A stretch of 64,000 nucleotides of DNA, from the IMG/VR virus record IMGVR_UViG_3300020048_000054, positions 32,001 through 96,000 of that record, one strand, 5' to 3'. The position numbers were made by a program, and so were the translations under genes. This stretch comes from a virus. Shown here piece after piece: positions 9,975 to 20,760 of this stretch (positions within the stretch are counted from its first letter, which is position 1; every line of letters starts with the position of its first letter). The notes under the pieces are model-generated. The model saw only the letters and a program-made list of their open reading frames with translations, was not told the DNA's origin and made no database searches.

Positions 9975-12884
9975 TTATCTGCAGGAAGTGCATGTGTTTA
10001 AAGACTTAAAGCTAAATTCAAATTGATTCTGCTGATCTTTAGCTTTAAAATATATAGGAACCATACGACATGCTCTAACTTTAGCCACTTTGTCAGTCTT
10101 AAGAGATGATATCATCTTTCCTGTACCAAAATCTTGTGCATATGCACGATGTGCCTGAGCTAATTTATAACTCTTCCACGAATCTGTTGATGGATCAGAT
10201 AGTGATATTGGAGCTTCTAAACTATAGTTCTGTTGTTGATAGGTTTTAACACTACCACCACTAGTTCCTGCTGCCCTAGAATCTACCATTTTTCCGCCAG
10301 TAGTAGAAGACCAATATGAGGAATCTATAGAAAGCGTAACGGAGGAACCAGTAGAGTGATATATTATACCAGTATTAATGGCATCAATATTGTAATATAC
10401 TATATTCAATTCCAAAGCACTGGGAATATACCAATCTGAATAACCATTATATGATTCTTTATTTTTCTCGCTAATGTGATATAAAGCAGTCGAAGATGTG
10501 TTTATAGCATTCCACATTTCCTTGTACTTAGATTTAAAGTAATTGCTGCTTCTGGAGATCTGAGTTCGATCAATATCAGATTGCCAGTAACTAACTCGAC
10601 TGTGTTTAAATCTATCATACGCAAGAGGATCAATTGTCTCAAGCTTGCCAGCTATTGTGTAGGTATTTGGTATGAACCAAGTATTACGTTCAATAGAAGT
10701 GTCATCAAACATTCTGGTGTTTAATAATCCATCAAACACCGTTGTTCCATATGGAGTCAATATGTTATTCTGCCACAGTGTGTTACTATAATTACTCATT
10801 TCCGAAGAAACAGTAAATGCATTTACGGACATACTCATACCAAACGAAACATTAGTTGTATTAAAATCTTCAGCAGCTACAATTAGAACCCATGCGTTTG
10901 GAATGTTATCCCCATGAATCTGCTTCGAAAGTTGTCTATATGCCAACACTGAGTTATATCCGTATTTTTTATTCTCAACGGATTTCTCATTACATGGTTT
11001 ATTTTCTGTTGTCAAACAAGTATCGGAAAGTCGATTGTAGAAAGTTAGATCCAAGTAATCACGAACACCAGAAAGAGATTTAATATCTGATGTCAATACT
11101 CTACCATTACTCTTACCTAATTCATTCAGAGTCACATATCTGGATGGTGAGAAGTTAGAGCAGTTGCATCTCAATGATCCATTGTATGTGCCGTTAACAG
11201 CGACATATCTTTTTACAGAATTGATTGTGTTATTTTCAATTTCGGAGATTACTTCTCCTTTAGCAAAGTAACCATCATTGTCAAACGCAGCAGGGGGATA
11301 ACCAACAAATCCAGCAACAATTCCACCACCAAACGAATCTCCAATTTTAAGATCTGTTGGAATTTCTTCTGTGTTGTCTGTTCTTATTGCCGCAAATTTT
11401 AATGAAGGAGATGTGTCAGAATCCTTACAGCATATTGATGATGAACACAAACTAGTTGGTCCTTGATACACACCACCATCAGCCGCACATTCTGTTGGTG
11501 TTGTATCATCCTTGCAATTATCGACTCCAAAACAACAAGCTCCTATAAATCCTTCCACACAGCAATTTCTTTCACCACAAGTTACTCCTTTATATCTTCC
11601 CCCAAGTTCTTTGCATAACTCTTCTGAAGCATCACTGGCGGAAAGATCATAACAATCACCATTAACACAGCAGGATGCAGCGATTGGACAATTACTAGGG
11701 CAACCATCTTCTAATTCACTACATCTAACATTTGGATAAAAAGATCCATGAGCTTTATCGCACAATTCATCATTAGTTTCAAAACAAGTGCCATTGGCAC
11801 AACATGCACCACCAGAATAACAATCATCAGACAAATATCTAATATTGCATGATTTAAAATTAAAGTTTCCACCGATAGAATCGCAGAAAGATTTGGTAGC
11901 ATAGTCTAAACATTTACGGTTTACTATTGAAGAAGTACCTGTGCTACAATAACAGCAAGAACCAATTATTTGATTTTTATAGGTTTCGTTGGAATATGTA
12001 ATTCCTTTTCCTATAATATTCATTTCAAATGAACCAGTACGTCCTCCACTTCCATCCACAGCATATGTGATACCTTCAGTTCTAAACGACACCTTTGGGT
12101 ATAAGTTACGATTTTCGTCAGTAACTGTTATAAAAACAGATTGATCTGTTCTGGTTATTCCGAAACCACCAGACACAAGTGAAGATTTAACTGTTATTTC
12201 ATTTAATACATTAGATACATTGTCAGTAAGTGCATTTATCCAGTTTATATTTCCGGTGTATCCCTTTTTAAATTCAGTATCAAAGTGTTGATTAATTTTG
12301 AATTTAAATGTATCTAATGTTATTCCTTTAAAACTTCCAGCTGTTGGAGTAATTATAGATCTAAAATATTTTGTGTTTGCATCGTTAGTCCCATCAATAG
12401 CTGTTCCAAAGTTATTAGCTCCAACAGTAACATACATCAAACTTCCTGTGGTTCCTACTGCAGAATTAGTAGTACCCGGACTTGAAATGTAAAAAGAAGA
12501 TAGACTAATTCCACCAGTAACTTCTCCAACTAACTTTATAGTCTTAAACATAAACATATAAGGGTCAGCAGTGAATCCACCATAAATGCTAGTATCTTCT
12601 GCGCTGCCAGTTTCTCCAACTGTAAAGTTTGGGAAAGGATCTCGTGAACTACTTCCAGCAGGTGATGTAGTAGTTAAGAAGAATCCAGTATTATTCTCAT
12701 AGGTGATTCCTAATATAGCTCCAACAATTTGTGTTGAAACAAACTGAATACCATCAGATCCCGTTGGACCAGTAATAGAGTATCCAGTAATACCTGTAGG
12801 TCCAGTTGCTCCTGTAGCTCCTGTTACAGAATTTACACCAGCAGTGATTAGAATATTTGGTATATTTGATGAACCGAATGACAT
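9975..12884 (-). CDS. Large Cys-rich fibre-like protein with C-terminal DUF1566/Lcl-like domain
   Basis: GATGATGPTG N-terminus; GACC repeats; IGDSFGGGIVAG; NGYSDWYIPSALEL..YWSST..VRACR. Confidence 0.62.
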   Translation of the reverse strand: MSFGSSNIPNILITAGVNSVTGATGATGPTGITGYSITGPTGSDGIQFVSTQIVGAILGITYENNTGFFLTTTSPAGSSSRDPFPNFTVGETGSAEDTSIYGGFTADPYMFMFKTIKLVGEVTGGISLSSFYISSPGTTNSAVGTTGSLMYVTVGANNFGTAIDGTNDANTKYFRSIITPTAGSFKGITLDTFKFKINQHFDTEFKKGYTGNINWINALTDNVSNVLNEITVKSSLVSGGFGITRTDQSVFITVTDENRNLYPKVSFRTEGITYAVDGSGGRTGSFEMNIIGKGITYSNETYKNQIIGSCCYCSTGTSSIVNRKCLDYATKSFCDSIGGNFNFKSCNIRYLSDDCYSGGACCANGTCFETNDELCDKAHGSFYPNVRCSELEDGCPSNCPIAASCCVNGDCYDLSASDASEELCKELGGRYKGVTCGERNCCVEGFIGACCFGVDNCKDDTTPTECAADGGVYQGPTSLCSSSICCKDSDTSPSLKFAAIRTDNTEEIPTDLKIGDSFGGGIVAGFVGYPPAAFDNDGYFAKGEVISEIENNTINSVKRYVAVNGTYNGSLRCNCSNFSPSRYVTLNELGKSNGRVLTSDIKSLSGVRDYLDLTFYNRLSDTCLTTENKPCNEKSVENKKYGYNSVLAYRQLSKQIHGDNIPNAWVLIVAAEDFNTTNVSFGMSMSVNAFTVSSEMSNYSNTLWQNNILTPYGTTVFDGLLNTRMFDDTSIERNTWFIPNTYTIAGKLETIDPLAYDRFKHSRVSYWQSDIDRTQISRSSNYFKSKYKEMWNAINTSSTALYHISEKNKESYNGYSDWYIPSALELNIVYYNIDAINTGIIYHSTGSSVTLSIDSSYWSSTTGGKMVDSRAAGTSGGSVKTYQQQNYSLEAPISLSDPSTDSWKSYKLAQAHRAYAQDFGTGKMISSLKTDKVAKVRACRMVPIYFKAKDQQNQFEFSFKSLNTCTSCR

Positions 12885-15730
12885 TATTGACTATTCCTTA
12901 AAAGCTTTGGTGTCTTCCATAATTTATATTGTTCTGAATTAATCGGTGGAGTTTTACCATCACATCGCATAAGTCTGATAGGTCTAACTTTTAGTTCTGC
13001 AGATCGATTTTCTTTCTTCACCGTAAACTGCGAAGATTCTCCATTTGGATCAAAGTATATTGCCCAAGTAACAGATCCATGTTCTGGCTTTCCTGAAGTA
13101 TAAACCCCTTGATCCGTGGTGGTATCAAAAGATCCAGTTGATGACCAGTGCCAATCATATAATGGTATTCCGCTATTACTAAGTAATGCAGCATTCATAT
13201 CAAATCCATAATAGGGATTTGTAGAGTCTGTTATAGAATTTGCTGCTAAGAAAGCCAACTCGTCGTGGCTAGGAATAAACCAATCAGATAATGCAGTTGG
13301 ATTTGCAGTCAATCCGTGTGTGTTTGTGAAATCATTATTATTAAATGCAGACAGAGCGCGAACAGCAGACATAGTTATACCTGAATTAAATTCACTGTAT
13401 GTAAAATATGGAGAAACCGACAATTTAATATAGTGAGCATTGTCTGCGGAAATCATACGAATGGTGTTGTATATTCCCCAATTTCTATTCCACAAACCAT
13501 TTGATGCTTTTACACTTCTAGTAAATAATCTAGCAACAGGATCTTTTCCATTTAGTCTGGAGGAATAACATGTTTGGAATGTAACAGATTTAATGTTATC
13601 TAACGACTCTCCAGTTACACCGTAGTATCCTTCACCATATTGTAAATATGATGAATCATATCGTTTATCCAAATATGTAAAATCTGAGTATTTGTATTTG
13701 GTTAAATCCAAAAGTGGACCCCATGCTATTCCAGGTCCATACCAAGGAAAGGTATCTTTCTTTGCAAGTTCTTCTGTTGGATTTACAAACTTTCCAGCGT
13801 CATTTATTGATGATGGATATAGAGAAACTATAATGTAATATGAATCTACATCGTTATTGAGTAGCACTTCGCAGCTTTCTCCAGTGATTCCATAACCAAC
13901 ATAATCAGTTTCACTCTGATAATAGTTTGCTAATGTTTCTCCACCATATATGAAGTCTGCAGTGCTTCCGTGTCTAGAAAATGCATGAGAGCCGCCAAGA
14001 AGTTTAGATGACTTGGGATTATATACACCAACAACCATTCCACCGCCAATTATATCTCCTGGTCGTAATGAGACTCCAAGGAACCCACCACACTTGAGAT
14101 ATGAAGAACAAGTGATACCAGCGCATGTTGTTGTATTACCATGATAATATGATCCAGAACTCAAACAAACTTCAGCAGTGGTTTGTGTGCATATTCCAGT
14201 TGGTGTGCAGCATGCACCAGTTCCTGTCGAACATATTGGATTACTATTATCAGAAAAGCATAATATGCCTCTTCCATTAAAACTACCACCACCAAGAATA
14301 CAATCTTCTTTTGTTACTTGTTCACAATTTCCAGCACCATCACAACATGCACCAAGAGCATTGAATGAATTATTGCAATCAACCTCGTTACATGTGGTAT
14401 TAAATCCAGAAAATATAGATTCTATTGAATCATTATTTAGAGATAGACAATCTATCGGAGAAATATTTTCTAAACATGAAGTTGTTATTTTACCATCAAT
14501 TGTATTTTTGATACAGCATGTTCCGAATGACTCTGTACATACACTAGTAGAATCAATTGTGCCGCAAGTAGTACCAACACCAGAGAAAAATCCAGATTTT
14601 TGTGTGCATATTTCTTGTGTAGAAAGAGTGCAAGAATTATTACCTAAACAACAAGCTCCAGTCAATCCTGAGAAAAAATCTAATGCAATCTGTCCTTCTG
14701 ATGTTGCGCTGAACTGTTGGATATTATTATCACAGAAATATTTTCCAGTAGATCCAATACCTTGACCAAAAATATATCCATACCAAAAATCATTTCCTGA
14801 TATAAAATGTATAAGATGAGATTCACCAGTTGTTAAACATGGTAATTTGTTTAATGGCCATTTTATACTAGGACCCCAACTAGCATTTAAAAATGTGCCA
14901 TCTCCTGTGGCTCCAGTCACAAACAAACTAAATGCAGTTTGATATTTTGGTGGAGGACTAAGACTTATATTATATTTTACGGGGTCTACTAAATCAGGTT
15001 TAAAACTAGAAACATCTAGAACAAGTGTCTTAGTTTTTGATCTGTTATTAGAATCTGTAAATTCACTAGATGCCTGTATAAAAATTAGAAGCTGTCCACT
15101 AGAACCTCCAGCACCAGAAATTGATCCACCATCACTCACAACATCGTTAATCTGATTGGCTCCTCGAACATGCTCAAAGACATTTGCTTTGTTGATTCTA
15201 ACAGTATCAGTTACATTTCCATACTTAGCAGATCCTAATGTAGCACCAACAAGATTTCCAGATGAATCTGTCGCAATGATTTCACTCAGCTCTCCGACGC
15301 TAAGTGTAAAACCACCATCATACCTATCGACAGTTATTGTTATAGTGTCAGCATCGCTAGTAATTCCTACCAATGATTTAAACCCAGTGCTACCACGAAG
15401 TTTTCTGAGAGTGATGTTTCTCTCATCAGTAGATCCAACAAAGACAAAACCAGTTCCAGTAGAACCAGTTATACCACCAACCAGTACAGTTGTATTTCCT
15501 GTTATGCCTAACAGTTTTCCGGAAGCAGCGCGAGTTATTCCATTACTGAATGATGATATAAGAGTATATCCAGAAAGCGTAATTCCGGTTATTCTAAAAG
15601 ATGCGGTAGCACCAGTATTGCCGTAGAAATCATCACCACGGGGTCCTTGTGGTCCAGTATTACCAATAACTCCGTATATGGTAATTCCTTTTATTGCCTT
15701 AAATTGGCTAGTACCACGAATTGAAGGCAT
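12884..15730 (-). CDS. Large Cys-rich fibre-like protein with C-terminal DUF1566/Lcl-like domain
   Basis: GNTGPQGPRG; GACC repeats; PGDIIGGGMVVG; SDWFIPSHDEL..WSST..VRPIR. Confidence 0.62.
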   Translation of the reverse strand: MPSIRGTSQFKAIKGITIYGVIGNTGPQGPRGDDFYGNTGATASFRITGITLSGYTLISSFSNGITRAASGKLLGITGNTTVLVGGITGSTGTGFVFVGSTDERNITLRKLRGSTGFKSLVGITSDADTITITVDRYDGGFTLSVGELSEIIATDSSGNLVGATLGSAKYGNVTDTVRINKANVFEHVRGANQINDVVSDGGSISGAGGSSGQLLIFIQASSEFTDSNNRSKTKTLVLDVSSFKPDLVDPVKYNISLSPPPKYQTAFSLFVTGATGDGTFLNASWGPSIKWPLNKLPCLTTGESHLIHFISGNDFWYGYIFGQGIGSTGKYFCDNNIQQFSATSEGQIALDFFSGLTGACCLGNNSCTLSTQEICTQKSGFFSGVGTTCGTIDSTSVCTESFGTCCIKNTIDGKITTSCLENISPIDCLSLNNDSIESIFSGFNTTCNEVDCNNSFNALGACCDGAGNCEQVTKEDCILGGGSFNGRGILCFSDNSNPICSTGTGACCTPTGICTQTTAEVCLSSGSYYHGNTTTCAGITCSSYLKCGGFLGVSLRPGDIIGGGMVVGVYNPKSSKLLGGSHAFSRHGSTADFIYGGETLANYYQSETDYVGYGITGESCEVLLNNDVDSYYIIVSLYPSSINDAGKFVNPTEELAKKDTFPWYGPGIAWGPLLDLTKYKYSDFTYLDKRYDSSYLQYGEGYYGVTGESLDNIKSVTFQTCYSSRLNGKDPVARLFTRSVKASNGLWNRNWGIYNTIRMISADNAHYIKLSVSPYFTYSEFNSGITMSAVRALSAFNNNDFTNTHGLTANPTALSDWFIPSHDELAFLAANSITDSTNPYYGFDMNAALLSNSGIPLYDWHWSSTGSFDTTTDQGVYTSGKPEHGSVTWAIYFDPNGESSQFTVKKENRSAELKVRPIRLMRCDGKTPPINSEQYKLWKTPKLLRNSQ

Positions 15731-15731
15731 G

Positions 15732-16943
15732 TTAACTAATTCCTAATATTTGCTCTAGTGCTTGTATTCTAGACTCCAGAGAAACTAATGTGCTATCAAC
15801 ATTTACAAAGTTTGGAGTGGCTAATACTCCCTTTACTGTTGCATTAACGAATGAGATATATTGCGGCAGGTATGATACTACATTATCTTTCTTCACTCTG
15901 ATTATTGTTTTGGTTGCAAATGTTGATATTTGATCTTTGACGTTAGCAGTAGCTTGAATGTTTGTCTGAATCTGTGGAGTTTTAAACTCGGTTACTGCTC
16001 CCGATGTAACTGTTACTTTACTAAGACCCAATACAGCTTCAGATATCTGATAAGTTGTATAATTAGATTTCCATAATGTAGGATTGACATCCGTATGTTC
16101 TACAATAATAGAATTATCTGTTGTATCGACAGACACAATAGAAGAATATAAACCAATTCCTTTATTTGTTTGTGGGTTTATTGGTCTTATTGATTTTTGG
16201 GCAAGAGCATCAACAAAAGAAAAAGAACCATTTACATATAATTTCTCAAGAGTTCCATATGAATTTCCATAAGTTGCATATGCTTCTGGGTACTCGGTTA
16301 TTGATAAAAATTTTGGAGAACTAGTATCAACCCAACCATCGGGAACAACAGAAGCTGCATCAACAACTCTTATCTCGCCTATATTAACCTCAGAAGATCT
16401 AAATGATGCATTAGCGGATGATGAGGATTCATATCCAATGTAGTTTACAACGATTGAATTAAAGTCACCACCCGAAACTGGGCATACCTGAAGAATAGGT
16501 TTTACGATATAACCGTTATCTTCAATCAAACCGTATGTGATGCCGCCAAGAATATCTGGGCTTAGGAAGAATATATCAGTACCACCGTCACCTCCACTAG
16601 TAGCAGAAATTCCAGCTATAGTTGACATCAAATTTGGATAATTAATTAATCCATGTGTCACCACAGTTGCGTATGTAATACCGTCAGTAACAGCGATAGA
16701 TTCTACAATTCCAACAACTTCAGCCAATGACATATCTGTTGCAGCACCTTCGAAGTTTGGGTCTGCAATAGATTGAGTAAATACACCAGCATCAACATCA
16801 TAACGAATAACATTTCCTGCAACAATAGTTGGATCCCAATTAGTGTCCGTCTTTTGTTGAAATGATAATCGTCTTCCATTGATCGAATCAACAGAACCAA
16901 CAATTATTCCTGAGATTATGGAGTTATTCGTGCAAGATGGCAT
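15732..16943 (-). CDS. Tail fibre-associated protein with tail-collar-like segment
   Basis: IGEI..VPDGW..LSITEYPEAYATYG resembles the phage tail collar domain; coiled C-terminus LESRIQALE. Confidence 0.55.
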   Translation of the reverse strand: MPSCTNNSIISGIIVGSVDSINGRRLSFQQKTDTNWDPTIVAGNVIRYDVDAGVFTQSIADPNFEGAATDMSLAEVVGIVESIAVTDGITYATVVTHGLINYPNLMSTIAGISATSGGDGGTDIFFLSPDILGGITYGLIEDNGYIVKPILQVCPVSGGDFNSIVVNYIGYESSSSANASFRSSEVNIGEIRVVDAASVVPDGWVDTSSPKFLSITEYPEAYATYGNSYGTLEKLYVNGSFSFVDALAQKSIRPINPQTNKGIGLYSSIVSVDTTDNSIIVEHTDVNPTLWKSNYTTYQISEAVLGLSKVTVTSGAVTEFKTPQIQTNIQATANVKDQISTFATKTIIRVKKDNVVSYLPQYISFVNATVKGVLATPNFVNVDSTLVSLESRIQALEQILGIS

Positions 16944-16952
16944 CTATGTTCC

Positions 16953-18056
16953 TTATGTCGTTGTTTCTAGACCTCTGTCGTATGGACTAGGGTCTATGTC
17001 TGCGTCTGCTACCATGTGAACTAAAATATCATCAAAAATTACTGCACCGCTGGCAACATTAAATATCACACCATATGTATTGCCACTAGTTGTTAGAGTA
17101 GCAGCTCCAGTTGGAGAAAATCTAGCAGTAGTATTCCACCCACGAGTGCCAGATGTTAGCCTCATATCTCTATCTGCAGATTTATTATATCCATCATTGG
17201 CAGTTCCACTCTTTGGTGAATATAGAGTGATTGTTGGAGTTTTATATTGCGGAATGCTAAACTTATGGGTGTAGCTATAACTTGGAGTTACTGTAAAGTT
17301 AATTGCTGTAACATCATTTCCAGAAGATAGAGTAATATTACCGGGAGAGGTCTGGTGTGTGTATGAGGTATAGTAATACTTTTCCTGCAATTTCTTTTCT
17401 TCTTCTGGAGTTGTAACTGTTTCACTAGACACACCAGAGAAATTCAAACCAACTTTGGCAATACTAATTTGAGTATTTGGTAATACTTTAAAACCAACAG
17501 AGAAGTAATGATCACCAGAAACTCCTAGGTTACCAACAAACTGTGGATTTAAAGTTACTGAATAATTTTGCCAAGTTTCATATACTGTTACTATTTCATT
17601 AGTATTGGAGAATTCATAAATTCCTGGATTCACAGCTTGTCTAAAATAACAAGCCATAGTTGTTCCAGTTATTCCGGTGGTCTTTGCAGAGAAAGAAAGA
17701 CGTAAAGTACTACCACCAACTATATTACAATTTGCTTGTTTATTTTCAATATAGCAATAACCACTTGTTACAGCTGTGATGTTATTAGCTACTGTTAAAT
17801 AATATGAAGAAAGTGCAAATTCTGGCTCTGATGAATTAAATGCTTCTTGGTATATTGATATTACACCACTGCTTTCCTCTGATCGTTTTTGAGTATCAAT
17901 AACATACCATCTATCTGCTATTTTTTTACTCTCAGCAGTATATGTTGTTCCATCTTTTCCTATATTTGAGAAAAATGCATTATATGGAATAGAAAATGTA
18001 GTGCCTCTTTGCCAGAGATCAAAATTACCGTTTATGATTAAGTTATTAGTTGTCAT
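16953..18056 (-). CDS. Virion structural protein with carbohydrate-binding-like fold
   Basis: NLIINGNFDLWQRGT..ADRW N-terminus, common in phage tail/fibre proteins. Confidence 0.6.
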   Translation of the reverse strand: MTTNNLIINGNFDLWQRGTTFSIPYNAFFSNIGKDGTTYTAESKKIADRWYVIDTQKRSEESSGVISIYQEAFNSSEPEFALSSYYLTVANNITAVTSGYCYIENKQANCNIVGGSTLRLSFSAKTTGITGTTMACYFRQAVNPGIYEFSNTNEIVTVYETWQNYSVTLNPQFVGNLGVSGDHYFSVGFKVLPNTQISIAKVGLNFSGVSSETVTTPEEEKKLQEKYYYTSYTHQTSPGNITLSSGNDVTAINFTVTPSYSYTHKFSIPQYKTPTITLYSPKSGTANDGYNKSADRDMRLTSGTRGWNTTARFSPTGAATLTTSGNTYGVIFNVASGAVIFDDILVHMVADADIDPSPYDRGLETTT

Positions 18057-20023
18057 GATTGTCCTATCTCAGTGCTATCATATCCCGTTATAGAACTAGT
18101 AGTAGTAAAGTATCTAAAATCTTTTTGGATCATTATTATGGGTCCTGTTACTCCAGTTGTTGGATTGTACTTATATACTTCTAATATTGTAGATATTCCA
18201 AATTGTCCGGGAGTATTATTACTCGCATAATAATTATCAATAGAAGGAAAAGCTATAGATACAGTCTCTGGAATTGGTCCAGTAGTTGCATTCCAACCTA
18301 ATATAGAAGTGTCTAGTGTATAACCATTCGTATCAGCAACATCAAACAATGCTGCATGTGCAATTGTGTTTATATAACCAGAAATTATTGATCCGGTTAG
18401 AATAACCGAATTAAATTTCCAACCATAAACTCTATGACGTTCGTTCCGTATGCTAATATCACGACTCCAACTAAGATTATAATCATTTTTGATATATGTT
18501 GTTGGATATACACCACTACTGCTTAAACCACCAATAGCAGTGCTTGCAGTTATACCCAAAGATCCACTCAATGTTGTTCCGTAAGGTAGACGAATTACTG
18601 GAGTCATTATATCAGTTGTTGGTGTAATGGTACTTACAATAGACGACCAACGAGAAGAACCCAATCCAAATGCATTTATATAATTAGATTGAGTGAACTG
18701 ATCTGGAGCTAGAGTACCTACACCAAGCTGCTCAAATTGTAAAAAGTTTCTATTATTAACATCACCACCACCATCCATATTTGCTGATATTAGTGCAACA
18801 TTTTTCATTCTATATTCTGTGTATGTTTGAGTCCATTCTCCTTCCACTGGAGTCTCGCCTCGTTCAAATTCAGATGTCCAGTTTGATGCTGCAATATTAT
18901 TATAGAATTTATTTATTACAAAATTAGTTCTAACCGGTTTTTCCCCATTTATATGAGTTATTCTAATTTGATGTAATCTATATACATCATCTAAAGTTCC
19001 TAGTGTTGATAAATAAATTTTATTATCAGGGGTATGCTTAGTTATATGTTCAAATCCGCTTTGTCCACTTCCTACAGTTTTTATACTTTTGCCGTATATA
19101 GCAGGGACTTGAAAAACTCCAGAAGTAGTATATGGATATGAGGGAGTTTCTGGATTGATATTTAAACTTTTTGTTAAATTACCAAATACATTATTATCAC
19201 CATACTTAATATTATTAACAGCATGTATATGACCAGTAGTTTTTCTATTAGCTTCATTATCTGTACCTAAGTATAAAGAAGCAGTCAAGCCGTTAACACT
19301 CAAGACTCCATTAAAGACTCCATCAAAAGAACCACCAGACACACCTTGTACTATTGTAGTGTTTCCGAGAGTACCCTCTGTTGCAATAAATCCACGGTAC
19401 GGAAGAATTAAACCACTATCTCCTGTTAATCCGAGAAGCATTGGTTTAGAAACATATAAAGTTACATCAGGTTCGAGCGTTGTACCCGCACCAGAGACAC
19501 CACCGCTCAGAAAGTAAACTACACCCTTCTGTAGAGTAGCACCGGGAGTACCAGTAAATGACGAAATGATAGATGAACCACTGATTCTACCAGTAGTGGC
19601 AACTTGAACATTGTCACCAGTAAATCCTGTAACAATACCAACAACTTCAGCTGTGCATTCATCGTCTGCTAATGCCTTTTGTGCTTTACCAGTAGAATCG
19701 ACATATACGATATTTCCAACAGTAACCCCAGTGTTTGCAGGCAGAACTATAGTTGTTCCAGAAATATCACCTGCGAAGTTAGAAGTCAGAGTACCATTAA
19801 CCGTAACATTGTTAAATACCATATCTCTGGTAACATTGCCTGATAGACTTAATGTATAACCACCATTTGCAGCAGTATGTGGTGATGCGGTTATTCCGTC
19901 TCCACCAACAATGTTTGCAACATTCAGCGCATTGAGCCGTTGAATCATGATATTATTTTTAGCATACCAACCACCAAATGTGGTTCCTAAACTTAATTCG
20001 GTTATATCAACAAAATCTGCCAT
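18053..20023 (-). CDS. Virion structural protein (fibre/baseplate associated)
   Basis: TTFGGW..KNN N-terminus; AEVVGIV and YFLS..G..SKP segments shared with 15732..16943. Confidence 0.55.
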   Translation of the reverse strand: MADFVDITELSLGTTFGGWYAKNNIMIQRLNALNVANIVGGDGITASPHTAANGGYTLSLSGNVTRDMVFNNVTVNGTLTSNFAGDISGTTIVLPANTGVTVGNIVYVDSTGKAQKALADDECTAEVVGIVTGFTGDNVQVATTGRISGSSIISSFTGTPGATLQKGVVYFLSGGVSGAGTTLEPDVTLYVSKPMLLGLTGDSGLILPYRGFIATEGTLGNTTIVQGVSGGSFDGVFNGVLSVNGLTASLYLGTDNEANRKTTGHIHAVNNIKYGDNNVFGNLTKSLNINPETPSYPYTTSGVFQVPAIYGKSIKTVGSGQSGFEHITKHTPDNKIYLSTLGTLDDVYRLHQIRITHINGEKPVRTNFVINKFYNNIAASNWTSEFERGETPVEGEWTQTYTEYRMKNVALISANMDGGGDVNNRNFLQFEQLGVGTLAPDQFTQSNYINAFGLGSSRWSSIVSTITPTTDIMTPVIRLPYGTTLSGSLGITASTAIGGLSSSGVYPTTYIKNDYNLSWSRDISIRNERHRVYGWKFNSVILTGSIISGYINTIAHAALFDVADTNGYTLDTSILGWNATTGPIPETVSIAFPSIDNYYASNNTPGQFGISTILEVYKYNPTTGVTGPIIMIQKDFRYFTTTSSITGYDSTEIGQS

Positions 20024-20024
20024 T

Positions 20025-20759
20025 TTAGACTACGCTTTCTATTTTTATGTTATTTAAGAAGTACATACCATCAGCTCTTTTTTGTGCAATTGGAACAAAA
20101 CTATTAACATTAGCCGCTGTGGTAAGATCATCGGTGATTACAATGTCTACTATTCTTAGGTAATATCTAGAGGAACCACATACTGATGTTCCTTTAACTT
20201 GCAACTCATGCTTTTGTTGTGCATCATCTGTAATAGTATTACAGTCAACAATTTGCCCGGTAAATTCTCCATTTGCGCTGGTGTTTAGTGCAAAACCAAT
20301 ATAAGAATTTTCTGGAATAGAACTCAGCTCAATAGGAATTGGACCAGGAAGACCATTTACTTTGAAATATACCCAAAAGAACAATCCAGAAGATTGTGCT
20401 TTACATAAAAACCAATTGTTTCTTTCTATATTAATAGTATCAGAAGTTACAGTTATCATGTTAGGATCTAGTGGCGTTGCGCCATCCCAACCAGGACCAG
20501 AAGAATTTTCTGTACCAGCAAATACAATAGTACTCAACCAATTGGATATCATTCTCATAGTCAATGTTTGATGTACGTTCATTCGAAACTGAATTTCATT
20601 CAGTTCTTGAGCTTGTAAAATCTTTCCGGGTTCAAATGCAACCATTTTATAGCCATCAGAATATACTCCGTCAGAAGCAGAACCAAAATCTATTTTACCA
20701 AAACCAGGCACAGAAAAATCTGGATGGGTTTGTGAATATGATATAGTGTATGTTGCCAT
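20025..20759 (-). CDS. Virion structural protein (DUF4815/VrlC N-terminal-like)
   Basis: YKMVAFEPGKILQAQELNEIQ motif. Confidence 0.55.
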   Translation of the reverse strand: MATYTISYSQTHPDFSVPGFGKIDFGSASDGVYSDGYKMVAFEPGKILQAQELNEIQFRMNVHQTLTMRMISNWLSTIVFAGTENSSGPGWDGATPLDPNMITVTSDTINIERNNWFLCKAQSSGLFFWVYFKVNGLPGPIPIELSSIPENSYIGFALNTSANGEFTGQIVDCNTITDDAQQKHELQVKGTSVCGSSRYYLRIVDIVITDDLTTAANVNSFVPIAQKRADGMYFLNNIKIESVV

Positions 20760-20760
20760 T

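Noticed and set aside
3525-15730. Diversity-generating retroelement targeting the DUF1566-like domains
   Set aside because: No reverse transcriptase and no TR/VR pair differing at adenines is visible in the window.
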